A stretch of DNA of 64,000 nt from a virus (Duplodnaviria; Caudoviricetes). Shown here piece after piece: positions 1-9,303 of this stretch. The stretch's first letter is position 1, and every line of letters begins with the position of its first letter. The stretch is taken from positions 1,471-65,470 of IMG/VR virus record IMGVR_UViG_3300028591_005933. One strand, written 5' to 3'. Under the pieces are notes generated by a model. It was given only the letters and a program-made list of their open reading frames with translations. It was not told where the DNA came from and made no database searches. The translations under genes were made by a program, and so were the position numbers.

Positions 1-71
1 AATGCAGCATCATATTGAGCCTTTGTTAATGTATTAATTACTAATTGATTTACGTTAACGTCTTTTGTCAT
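1..71 (-). CDS. Partial CDS (5' end only, runs off left edge); probable tail/structural protein
   Basis: Minus strand reads MTKDVNVNQLVINTLTKAQYDAA, open to the edge; AAGGA RBS and a GTTCTA motif upstream; INxLTxAQY-type start is typical of phage tail proteins. Confidence 0.6.
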   Translation of the reverse strand, partial: MTKDVNVNQLVINTLTKAQYDAA

Positions 72-139
72 TTATTTCAATCCTTGTATTGTTAAAATAT
101 ATTTCGAAATATTACTCTTATTAGAACTTTAATATATAA

Positions 140-1615
140 TTACATAGGAGCCGCCTCAAATTCAATATCACTAATATAAAATTTATCTGCTTCATTATTA
201 ACACTTTCATCTTTAGCGTAGTAAAACTGTAAATAATATTCTGTATTTGGAGTTAAAGCGGTAGAATACTCTATAGGTGTAGTCGCAGTAGGATTATTAC
301 TTAAACTACGATATAGCCAATTACCATTACCATCTGTTACAGCATTACGTATTTGATAATTAGTTGCTTGATATTGAGATGTACCATAATAAACAGCTCC
401 AAAATCATACTTCGATTCAGATGATGTATAACATTTTACTTTTAATACAGAATCATAATCTGGGGTTTTAAATTTAATATAGCCATATGAATACCCACTA
501 TTTACATGGTAAGAAGCTGTATATGATTCAATATATTGACCATTTAATCTAAAATTATAATTATCAATAAAATTATTTAATGAAGCATTATCATATGACA
601 TATCAAATGGATAAGTATAATGTATTATTTCAGATACGGCCTCTTCCATTTCATAAACAAGATTTGTATCTTCAGTAATTGTAATATTATTAGTTATTGT
701 TTTATATCCAGCTTTCTTTAATTTAACCGTTAATGTTGTATTTGGAGCAACAACAATAGACTTATTAATTAAAATATAATTATCATATTTATATTCTACA
801 ATTTCGTCTTCAAATTCTTGAGTAGATTTACATGTAACTGTATATCCTACTCCATCAGTCATATCAACGTTTAAATTATAAATCTCATCAATAGCAATTT
901 CAAAACTTCCAGATTTCATTGGATAATCTTTATTATAACATTTCCATGTATGTATTCCTTCATCAACATAATATGGATTAGTATTAACTTGTTGATTATC
1001 AATAAATAATGTAGATCCTTCAGTAATATTTATATTAACAGTACCACAATCCCATATAATTGAAGCATTAACTGCACCCCAAGGAGCACCACTAACACTA
1101 TTTATTCTTTTATGAATACGAATAACCTCTAATTTATTTCTATGACTAAAAGCGTATGGATATATATATTCAATAGATGAAGGTAATTCAATATATGTTA
1201 ATTTATCTTGATCATAAAGCTGTGAATAATATATATCAAAACAATCCGAATTGATTCGCTTTAATCCATTATTTATAATTATTTCTTCTAAATTTACACA
1301 ATTTCTAAAACAGCCACCATTTAAATCTCTTAAAGTGGAAGGTAAAGTTAATCTTTTTAATGCCGTATTATCTTCAAAATCTTCATCATTTAAACTATTT
1401 ATACCTTCAGATACAATTAACTCTTCGCTACCATTACTGTTGTATCTATTAAATGCGTGACCCAAGTTAAATAATTTAGTAGTTACTGGAAATTGTACTT
1501 TTAGTCCACTTTTAGAATAATTTACACATCTTCTTAATCTAACTAAGTCTTCAGGAAAATCAAAACTCTTATAGTTTGGATTTATTAAGTTATGTATTCT
1601 TTGATCAATTGCCAT
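140..1615 (-). CDS. BspA-type leucine-rich repeat (LRR_5) protein with PEGA-like linkers and C-terminal beta-sandwich/adhesin domain
   Basis: LRR_5 repeats (LTLPSTLRDLNGGCFRNCVNLEEIII; IELPSSIEYIYPYAF), cap SVSGAPWGAVNASIIW, PEGA-like KKAGYKTITNNITI. Start moved to ATG 1615 (MAIDQ), which has an AAGGA RBS and avoids overlap. Confidence 0.75.
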   Translation of the reverse strand: MAIDQRIHNLINPNYKSFDFPEDLVRLRRCVNYSKSGLKVQFPVTTKLFNLGHAFNRYNSNGSEELIVSEGINSLNDEDFEDNTALKRLTLPSTLRDLNGGCFRNCVNLEEIIINNGLKRINSDCFDIYYSQLYDQDKLTYIELPSSIEYIYPYAFSHRNKLEVIRIHKRINSVSGAPWGAVNASIIWDCGTVNINITEGSTLFIDNQQVNTNPYYVDEGIHTWKCYNKDYPMKSGSFEIAIDEIYNLNVDMTDGVGYTVTCKSTQEFEDEIVEYKYDNYILINKSIVVAPNTTLTVKLKKAGYKTITNNITITEDTNLVYEMEEAVSEIIHYTYPFDMSYDNASLNNFIDNYNFRLNGQYIESYTASYHVNSGYSYGYIKFKTPDYDSVLKVKCYTSSESKYDFGAVYYGTSQYQATNYQIRNAVTDGNGNWLYRSLSNNPTATTPIEYSTALTPNTEYYLQFYYAKDESVNNEADKFYISDIEFEAAPM

Positions 1616-1626
1616 TTTAATTATCC

Positions 1627-1953
1627 TTATCCATTCCAAATAACTGTCGCATTTGTAGCACCCCAAGGAGCACCACTAATACTATCTACAGGTTTATTTA
1701 CATATATCGTAGTTAAATTTGGACTATTCCAAAAATAACCGGCTCCAATTGTTTCAACTGAAGATGGTATAGTTACAGCACTACTTAACCAATACATGCC
1801 ACCTCGATTTAAAGCATAAATTTGACAAGGTTCTTCAAATGTTATTCCATTCTTTCCACCATAACTAGTTATTGCTAAACTTGCAACTGTATTTGGTACA
1901 AATATGTTATTATCGGTAATTAAAAAAGTTTCTAAATTTGAATTAATTGCCAT
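1627..1953 (-). CDS. Small BspA-LRR-related protein (one repeat plus C-cap)
   Basis: VTIPSSVETIGAGYFWNSPNLTTIYVNK followed by SISGAPWGATNATVIW. Confidence 0.7.
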   Translation of the reverse strand: MAINSNLETFLITDNNIFVPNTVASLAITSYGGKNGITFEEPCQIYALNRGGMYWLSSAVTIPSSVETIGAGYFWNSPNLTTIYVNKPVDSISGAPWGATNATVIWNG

Positions 1954-1955
1954 AA

Positions 1956-4823
1956 TTAAACCTCTTCCATGAATAATTTAACTAATGAATTATTTTTTAC
2001 ATATCCTGCATAAAATGTATACTTATTAGTAAGATCTTGATAATCTCCACTAGATATTTCACCCCAACTCGGTAATAACGTTGTACCAAATTTAGATAAC
2101 TTTATATTTTCTAAACTAATTCTATTAGAGGCTTCTATTTCTCTAGTAACAGAACTAGAACCAATTGTTAATGTATAACTTGTTGGAGTATATACAAACG
2201 TAATAATAAAATATCCATTTACATCAATATCTTCTAAATGATAATTTGAAATTAATTCTTCCCAAGTTTCACCATCTGCACTATATACAAATGTAATTTT
2301 TTCATCAGTTTTATAAAAACCAAGAGCTCCTTGTAAGCTATTTCCATTTGTAAGTAAAATGTTATTATTTGTATTTCCATAATTACCTTGTGTATAACTT
2401 GATAAGTTAAATTTAATAACCAAACTATCTACGTTTTCTGTATTATTTGCTAATAATTGACTATTATAGTTATAATAATCTTCTGCTCTTGAAATAGGTG
2501 TTTCTTCAAAATCATTCCAAATAACAGTTGCATTAGAAGCACCCCAAGGAGATCCTAAAATACTATTTTTTGGTTTATTTATATGAATGGTTAAATCGTT
2601 TTGATTACATCCAATGAAAACACTATCGCTTATTTTATTTATAGTAGACGGAAAATAAACATTTTTTAAACTAGTACAATTTGAAAATGAATTTCCAAAA
2701 CTAATGCCTTCAAAACCTTCTTCACAAGTAATTGTTTCTAAATTTAAGCATCTATCAAACATAGAGCTTCCATTTAAAGGACCAACAGATCCAGGAATAG
2801 TTATTTCATGTAAATTATTACAGCTATCAAAACAAGCAACCTCAATCTTTGTTAAACCTGAATTTAATTCAATCTCTTCTAAACTAGATCTAGAAAAAGC
2901 TTCACTTCCAAGTATTTTCATTGAACTAGGCATAATAGCTTTTTGTAATGACTTTAAATTATGAAAAACATAAGCTGGTACTGTTGTAGAATTAGTATAT
3001 TCTGTTAAATCTAATATTCCTATTCCATTATCTGTTAAAATTTTTTCATAAATATCCATTTCAATAAATTCTGGAGTAATTTCTAAGTATTCATTATTTA
3101 TTTCAACGGTATTTGTTATTGCTTTATAACCATATTTTTCTAAAGTATATTTAACTGTTCCGTGACAATTTATTGTTAATGAATTTGCAATTTGTCTTGC
3201 TCCATCATTTATAACATAAGTTAATTTATCTTTTGTCCAATCCCAATCATTTATGTTAAAAATAATTCCAGCCTGTCTTAAATAAATAATTTCAGTATTT
3301 GAATTAGTTAAACCCCAAGGACTATTAGGAATAGAGCCTTCATAATTATCAATATTTATAACTAAATGATTTGTAGCTGTAATATTTCTAAAGGCTTGTG
3401 AATTAATATCTGTAACTGAATTAGGAATATTTAATTCAATTATATTTGGACAATTTCCTATGATATCATAAGCATTTATTCGCTTAATACCGTTTTCTAG
3501 AGTTAAATGTTGTAAATTAGAGCATCCATTAAATGAAGCATTAAGAGTTTCAACAGATCCTGGAATTGTTAATTCAGTAAAATTATTTGCTTGTAAAGCT
3601 CTACTATCAATATTTTTAAGTCCATTTGGTAATTCAATTGAATTTAATCCACAAGCAAAAAAACCCCATCCACTTAAACTTTCTAAAGTATCTGGTAAAA
3701 TAACTTCTGTAATTGAATCACATCCATATAAATTACCAATGGCAGTTAAATCTGTATATTCACTTAAATCTAAAACTCCAACGTTTTGATTTGCTAAAAT
3801 TTTTTCATATAAATCCATTTCAATGAATTCATCTGGATTAATAGTAATATTAACAGCTGGAATATAGGCTACGCCTGTTTGAGGTTTATATCCATATTTT
3901 TCATAACAATAAAAAACTTTAGCTCCCTCTTGACCCCTTAATTGTAATTTAAATTTGTTTGAATTAAAATTATAAGTAGCATCTATTAACTCATCATCAT
4001 TTATAATATAACTAAATTTATCTTTAGTTGTATCAATATCAGGAAAATTAAAAATAATACAGTTATGTGGCTCTTTATAAATTACTCTGTCATAATCAAT
4101 ATTCCAATAAATGCTAAATGGAAAATCAATTTCTTCTTTATCAATATATACAATTAAATTATTTGATGAAGTAAAAGCTCCATTTCCAATACTAGCTATA
4201 TTTTCAGATAAATGTAATTCTTCTAACTTAGGGCATTCCGCAAAAGCATTATAACCAATACTTGTAATTGATTCTGGCAAAATTACTGTTTCTAAATTTG
4301 AATCTCCATTAAACGTATAGTCTGAAATTGCTGTTAATTGAGTATTAGATAAATCAATATTCTTTAAGGAAGTACAATATCCTAATGCATTATAACCAAT
4401 GCTTTGAGTATTATTTGGAAAATGTATTTCTTCTAAAGATCTGCATCCATTAAAACAATTAGACCCATATGAAATAATATTATCATTTAAAGTTAAATTT
4501 ATAAGATTTGTACAATTTAAAAACGTACAATATTCTAAAAAATTAATATGTTGATTTACACTAAAATCTACAGTTGTTAAATTTGTACAATTGGCAAAAC
4601 AATATGGACCAACATATCCTAAATTCTCATCAGCTATAAATTCGGTTAAACTTCTATCTAAAAATTTTTCAACAGATACATTACTAGGAATAGCTCTAAT
4701 TTTATCAGCATAATCACTTAATGATTTTGTATCTTCCATATTGACACCTTTATTTATTAAGATGTCTTTAATTGTATTTTTTGTATTTAAAATATTTACA
4801 GTATTATTATTTAAAGTAGCCAT
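1956..4823 (-). CDS. Large multi-module BspA-type LRR protein with C-terminal lectin/LamG-like domain; probable tail-associated adhesin
   Basis: Many LRR_5 repeats (VILPESITSIGYNAFAECPKL; TIPGSVETLN) in three blocks separated by repeated EKYGYK...EFIEMDxYEKIL linkers; N-terminal IKDILINKGV...DYADKI phage attachment motif. Confidence 0.8.
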   Translation of the reverse strand: MATLNNNTVNILNTKNTIKDILINKGVNMEDTKSLSDYADKIRAIPSNVSVEKFLDRSLTEFIADENLGYVGPYCFANCTNLTTVDFSVNQHINFLEYCTFLNCTNLINLTLNDNIISYGSNCFNGCRSLEEIHFPNNTQSIGYNALGYCTSLKNIDLSNTQLTAISDYTFNGDSNLETVILPESITSIGYNAFAECPKLEELHLSENIASIGNGAFTSSNNLIVYIDKEEIDFPFSIYWNIDYDRVIYKEPHNCIIFNFPDIDTTKDKFSYIINDDELIDATYNFNSNKFKLQLRGQEGAKVFYCYEKYGYKPQTGVAYIPAVNITINPDEFIEMDLYEKILANQNVGVLDLSEYTDLTAIGNLYGCDSITEVILPDTLESLSGWGFFACGLNSIELPNGLKNIDSRALQANNFTELTIPGSVETLNASFNGCSNLQHLTLENGIKRINAYDIIGNCPNIIELNIPNSVTDINSQAFRNITATNHLVINIDNYEGSIPNSPWGLTNSNTEIIYLRQAGIIFNINDWDWTKDKLTYVINDGARQIANSLTINCHGTVKYTLEKYGYKAITNTVEINNEYLEITPEFIEMDIYEKILTDNGIGILDLTEYTNSTTVPAYVFHNLKSLQKAIMPSSMKILGSEAFSRSSLEEIELNSGLTKIEVACFDSCNNLHEITIPGSVGPLNGSSMFDRCLNLETITCEEGFEGISFGNSFSNCTSLKNVYFPSTINKISDSVFIGCNQNDLTIHINKPKNSILGSPWGASNATVIWNDFEETPISRAEDYYNYNSQLLANNTENVDSLVIKFNLSSYTQGNYGNTNNNILLTNGNSLQGALGFYKTDEKITFVYSADGETWEELISNYHLEDIDVNGYFIITFVYTPTSYTLTIGSSSVTREIEASNRISLENIKLSKFGTTLLPSWGEISSGDYQDLTNKYTFYAGYVKNNSLVKLFMEEV

Positions 4824-4838
4824 TTATATATTCCCTAG

Positions 4839-6155
4839 TTAAATAGTATATTTAGAAAACCATTCTTTATTCTTTTTGAATCCAACTTCTTTTAAATGGT
4901 AAACTACTAATTCATTATTTGTTAACAAATTTACCTGATTTGCTGTAACTAATTCATTAAGTAATTTTGTTTTAAATGTTGCAAAATCACTTGTATTAAT
5001 TCTATTTTTAAAATTATTTACTTCAAAATAAAATCTACCACCATTATAACCACTATTACTTGCATTGCAACTTAATGTTCCATTAACTGCTATTTCTATA
5101 GTAATTTCACAAGGAACCTCATTTGTAACTAATAAATTACTACTACTAAATCCTGTACCATTTGATCCTGAATAACTTAAATATAGACTTAAAGCTTCTT
5201 CATTTGTAGATAACATCATAGAAAGCGATGGAATATTCATAAGTATTGGTAAATTTGTTGTACCATTACCCATATCTGTATTTGTAGTAACTAATCTATC
5301 TATTACATATGTACATGACCAAGTATCTACAAAAGCATCTATTCTATTAAATATTTGATCTAAAGCTTCTTCTTTTGTCGGTCTATATACTACTCTACTA
5401 TAATCTATACCCCAAGATTCATTAAATGGAAATTCTTCTTCATTTTTATCAATATATAATGTTAAATTATTACATGCCTTAAATGCATTTGCTGCAATAT
5501 ATGTAATTTTATTTCCTAAAACTACTGTATTTAAATAAGTACAGTTTCTAAAAGCTTCTTGATCAATTGTATTAACGTTAGGTAATTTTAATTCTCTTAA
5601 ATTAGTACATGCATAAAAAGCTCTATAACCAATATATGATAATTTATTTAAAATATTATGTTCATAGGTATCATCTGGTTTTCTAACATAAATATTCATC
5701 AAACGATTACAATAAGAAAAACAATACTCTCCAATTGTTTCAATACTATCTTCTAAATAAGTTGTATATAAATTTGAATCATTATAAAAACATCCTGCTG
5801 GAAGATAATTTATATTAGATTTTATAGTTACAGTAGATAAATTATAACAATATGGAATTGCGTATAAATTAATATTTTTAATGTTTTCTGGAATTATTAA
5901 ACTTGTCATATTATTCATATTAGCTAAAGCATATGAACCAAGAGTATCAATTGTATGTGGAATTGTTACAACATCTAAATATTTTGCAAGTAAACCCTCA
6001 AACTGTGATCCATTTTGTATATTATTTACTAATTCGTCATAATCTAAAAAAGAATTTGTAGCTGGTAAAACTATTTTACCTCGTTCTTCAATTGCTTGGC
6101 GTACTTCTTCTTTTTGTACCTTAAATTCTTCTGATAAATTATATAAATCTGACAT
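4839..6155 (-). CDS. BspA-type LRR protein; probable tail-associated
   Basis: LRR_5 repeats (VTIPHTIDTLGSYAL; LKLPNVNTIDQEAFRNCTYL); N-terminal KEEVRQAIEERG...FLDY motif like that of 1956-4823. Confidence 0.8.
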   Translation of the reverse strand: MSDLYNLSEEFKVQKEEVRQAIEERGKIVLPATNSFLDYDELVNNIQNGSQFEGLLAKYLDVVTIPHTIDTLGSYALANMNNMTSLIIPENIKNINLYAIPYCYNLSTVTIKSNINYLPAGCFYNDSNLYTTYLEDSIETIGEYCFSYCNRLMNIYVRKPDDTYEHNILNKLSYIGYRAFYACTNLRELKLPNVNTIDQEAFRNCTYLNTVVLGNKITYIAANAFKACNNLTLYIDKNEEEFPFNESWGIDYSRVVYRPTKEEALDQIFNRIDAFVDTWSCTYVIDRLVTTNTDMGNGTTNLPILMNIPSLSMMLSTNEEALSLYLSYSGSNGTGFSSSNLLVTNEVPCEITIEIAVNGTLSCNASNSGYNGGRFYFEVNNFKNRINTSDFATFKTKLLNELVTANQVNLLTNNELVVYHLKEVGFKKNKEWFSKYTI

Positions 6156-7613
6156 TTATTCTTCTCCAAGACCAAGTAATTCATTTAAATCATTAATTGA
6201 GGTATTTATAACTGGATCAGCTTCTTCTAATTCTCCACCTAATGCACCTTGTTCAATATTTAAAACCGCCTGGATTGTTTCTGATTCGTTTCCTTCTGAT
6301 TCAAGGGCATTAACTTTAACCATTACCGTATTTTTACTAATATCTCTTTCACCTGTTAAAAACCCTGTTACACAACTATCAGTATAATTAGATGCAGCTG
6401 CTTTTAATGCAACATATTTAACATCACCTGGAATAGCAATATCAATTAAATACCAATTATCATTTGACATTGAACCACTATGTACTAATAGTTTTGTACC
6501 ATCATAATTTGCTGTGATTTTAGAAGTACCAATACAAGTAAGAGGTAAAGATAAATCTTGATCAACCCAATTTCCATTAATGTATTTATATTGCTTAATT
6601 AAACCGTTTTCATTAGCATATAGGGTTTGATTATGTGGATAATAAGTTAATTTACCAGAAACAAACGTTTGTTTAACAAATGCATTTTCTTCTTCATTAA
6701 CATACCATAATGAATCTGCATTAGCACCATTTAAAATTACATATTTAAAATCATTCGTTGTAGAAAATTCATTAACTCTATAAGGCATAAACATATCATC
6801 AATATGAGTTTTAAAAAGTACAACTGGAGCTTTATTTACTATACTTGCATAAGTTAAGAAATGACCATCGTTTGAATATGTTCCACGATCTCTATAAATA
6901 GTTCTTGTTCTATCTTTACTAATAACACCTTCACCTGTTCCTAATGAATCATATGGTAAAGTTACAATCAATTCACCTTTTGTATAATCTTCATTTAATT
7001 CATAATAAGAGCCTGCACCATAAGCTGGTTTTTCAAAATAAACATTATTTGCACCAATTCCAGCACCATTATTTTGTGAAGGCCAAGTTGCTCCATAATA
7101 TCTTCTTCCTGTTGCATTATAAATAGCTTTTTCATAAATAATAGTTAAATCTGAATTATTAAAAAATATACCAGCATAACTATTATAATCCCAAATACTT
7201 AAACCACCTTGACCACTAGAATTAACATTAAATTCTTCTATTGTTTCAACAATTTCACCTTCTTCATTATATTTGCGTACACCAGTTGGAGTTAAAATAT
7301 AATTATTTAATGAAGGCAATAATGCATAAGATCCATTATTTGGGGTATGTGAATTTCTACTTAATACAGTTGTAAGTTTATTTGCTTTTTTAACAAAAAC
7401 TTTACCTTTTCTATTAATTAAATCTTCATCATTTATATTATCATAAGCTTCTACTGTAGAATCTGCCCCATAACCATCAACATCAATGGTTATTTCACCA
7501 AAGCCAAAATAATCTTCATCTGCTGTAAATGTACCATTCTCTGTAAAGGTCTTATTCTGTAATTTAAATCTTACAGTATCTTGAGAAGCACTATTTGTTT
7601 TACCTGTTGACAT
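6156..7613 (-). CDS. Probable tail structural protein with beta-propeller-like region
   Basis: N-terminal LQNKTFTENGTFTADEDYFGFGEITIDV motif, common in gut-phage tail proteins; beta-rich Gly/Asn/Tyr body; lies in tail operon. Confidence 0.5.
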   Translation of the reverse strand: MSTGKTNSASQDTVRFKLQNKTFTENGTFTADEDYFGFGEITIDVDGYGADSTVEAYDNINDEDLINRKGKVFVKKANKLTTVLSRNSHTPNNGSYALLPSLNNYILTPTGVRKYNEEGEIVETIEEFNVNSSGQGGLSIWDYNSYAGIFFNNSDLTIIYEKAIYNATGRRYYGATWPSQNNGAGIGANNVYFEKPAYGAGSYYELNEDYTKGELIVTLPYDSLGTGEGVISKDRTRTIYRDRGTYSNDGHFLTYASIVNKAPVVLFKTHIDDMFMPYRVNEFSTTNDFKYVILNGANADSLWYVNEEENAFVKQTFVSGKLTYYPHNQTLYANENGLIKQYKYINGNWVDQDLSLPLTCIGTSKITANYDGTKLLVHSGSMSNDNWYLIDIAIPGDVKYVALKAAASNYTDSCVTGFLTGERDISKNTVMVKVNALESEGNESETIQAVLNIEQGALGGELEEADPVINTSINDLNELLGLGEE

Positions 7614-7621
7614 TTTTTCTC

Positions 7622-8293
7622 CTATTGTAATACAACTACTGGAATTATTATTGTTTTATCTGGAATATTTCTAGCATATATTGTTATTGATCCATTTCCT
7701 GAATTACATACAGGGGAATATTCACCAGAAATAGCTTCTTCTGCATTAAAAATAACTGTAGGAATAGTATTTTCTGTAATTGTAATATCATCTACCGGAT
7801 AATAATTATATCCTTCAACCTCATGTACATCGCTTAAAGTAAAAGTACAGCTATTTGCAAAAATACCTGTACCATCAGCTCTCCACATATTTGAAGTTAC
7901 TACGACAGGACCAAATTTACTTGCACCTTTTGGACTATTCTCTAATGCTGTTATTCTAGCATCTTGTTCTTCTTGACCCGAATTATAAATAGATATATTT
8001 ACTTTATTTTCTATAGAATTCTTAATATTTACTATTTCATCTTCATCAATTACAGGATATTCACGATTATTTTCACGTGTATGATGTTCATCTCTAATTT
8101 GAATATATGTATGTATACCATCACCAAATACATAATATACACCACCCTCAGGATGTTTTAAATGCCCTGTAGGATAAATTGCATATGCTTGTGTATCTCT
8201 AGGAATAACTACATCACTATAGTTTCCACCGTTTTCATATTCTGAAATAAGTTTTACAAATCTATGTATAATTTTATCAACTGAATTAGCCAT
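7622..8293 (-). CDS. Tail-fibre-related structural protein (paralogue of 8714-9250)
   Basis: KIIHRF..EYENGGNY..VIPxDTQxYAIYP..GDG.HTY shared with 8714-9250; C-terminal PxVxF..SPxC.S.NG.ITIYA..IP domain shared with 8328-8693. Confidence 0.6.
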   Translation of the reverse strand: MANSVDKIIHRFVKLISEYENGGNYSDVVIPRDTQAYAIYPTGHLKHPEGGVYYVFGDGIHTYIQIRDEHHTRENNREYPVIDEDEIVNIKNSIENKVNISIYNSGQEEQDARITALENSPKGASKFGPVVVTSNMWRADGTGIFANSCTFTLSDVHEVEGYNYYPVDDITITENTIPTVIFNAEEAISGEYSPVCNSGNGSITIYARNIPDKTIIIPVVVLQ

Positions 8294-8327
8294 TTTTTTA
8301 TCCTGTAAATTACCTTTTATTTAGAAC

Positions 8328-8693
8328 TTATTGACAGATAATAGAAGCAATTGTTATATCATTTTGAGGAATTTGATTAGCCCAAATATATACTTTTCCA
8401 TTTGCGGATTCAACAATATTAGAAAACATACCAGATTCTGCATCGCTTTTTCTAAAAATAACTATTGGAAGCATATTAGCAGTAACACCTTGTAATATAA
8501 TTTCTGCTTTATATGGAAAATCTATATAAGTATTATCACTCAAAAAAGAGGAACGTATAACGGAAACATTAGTAAATTTTAAAGGTTTACTATTATCTAC
8601 ATAAGTTTTAATAGCCTTTTGAGAAGGAATAATAAAATCACTATTTTCAGATAAAGTACCATCTCTATTTAAATTTCTATATAATTTAGCCAT
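8328..8693 (-). CDS. Structural protein sharing the C-terminal domain of its neighbours
   Basis: PIVIF...VESANGKVYIWANQIPQNDITIASI aligns by eye with the C-termini of 7622-8293 and 8714-9250. Confidence 0.6.
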   Translation of the reverse strand: MAKLYRNLNRDGTLSENSDFIIPSQKAIKTYVDNSKPLKFTNVSVIRSSFLSDNTYIDFPYKAEIILQGVTANMLPIVIFRKSDAESGMFSNIVESANGKVYIWANQIPQNDITIASIICQ

Positions 8694-8713
8694 TTATATT
8701 ATCCTATCAATTT

Positions 8714-9250
8714 TTATATATCATTATTTAACCATTCTAACTTAATTGTTGGTATAATAAAAGAACTGTCTGGTATTTGTTTTGCGTATATAGAAACATA
8801 ACCATTATATGTATCACAATATGGAGAAAAATTATCATCAATTGCTTGAGTTTCTGAAAACATTACTTCTGGTATCCAATAAGATGTAATTCTATCATCA
8901 TAAATTTTATATTCATATTTATAAGGATTATCTTCTAATTCTTCTCTTTGTAACCAATTTTCAGTATTAACTAAAATATCTCTAATTGCAAATTTTGGAG
9001 AACGTAATAAAACTTGGTCCATTTCTACAACTGGATATTCTTTTGCAATATCAGTATTACCTTTTCCTTCTTTTATTTCTATATATGTATGATCACCATC
9101 ACCAATAACATATCGTAAATTACCATTTGGATATATAGCATAAACTTGAGTATCCATAGGTATTACTTGTGAAAAATAATTTCCACCATTTTCATATTCA
9201 TCTATAGATCTTATAAATCTATGTATAATCTTATTTGTTGCGATTGTCAT
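8714..9250 (-). CDS. Tail-fibre-related structural protein (paralogue of 7622-8293)
   Basis: Same N- and C-terminal motifs as 7622-8293. Confidence 0.6.
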   Translation of the reverse strand: MTIATNKIIHRFIRSIDEYENGGNYFSQVIPMDTQVYAIYPNGNLRYVIGDGDHTYIEIKEGKGNTDIAKEYPVVEMDQVLLRSPKFAIRDILVNTENWLQREELEDNPYKYEYKIYDDRITSYWIPEVMFSETQAIDDNFSPYCDTYNGYVSIYAKQIPDSSFIIPTIKLEWLNNDI

Positions 9251-9260
9251 TTATTTAAAA

Positions 9261-9290
9261 TAGGTAGGTTAGTATTACCCAACCTACCTA
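9261..9290 (-). terminator. Intrinsic terminator-like hairpin
   Basis: Minus RNA UAGGUAGGUUGG-GUAAUA-CUAACCUACCUA followed by UUUU, just after the stop of 9304-10944. Confidence 0.7.
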
Positions 9291-9303
9291 CCCTTACTTA
9301 ATA

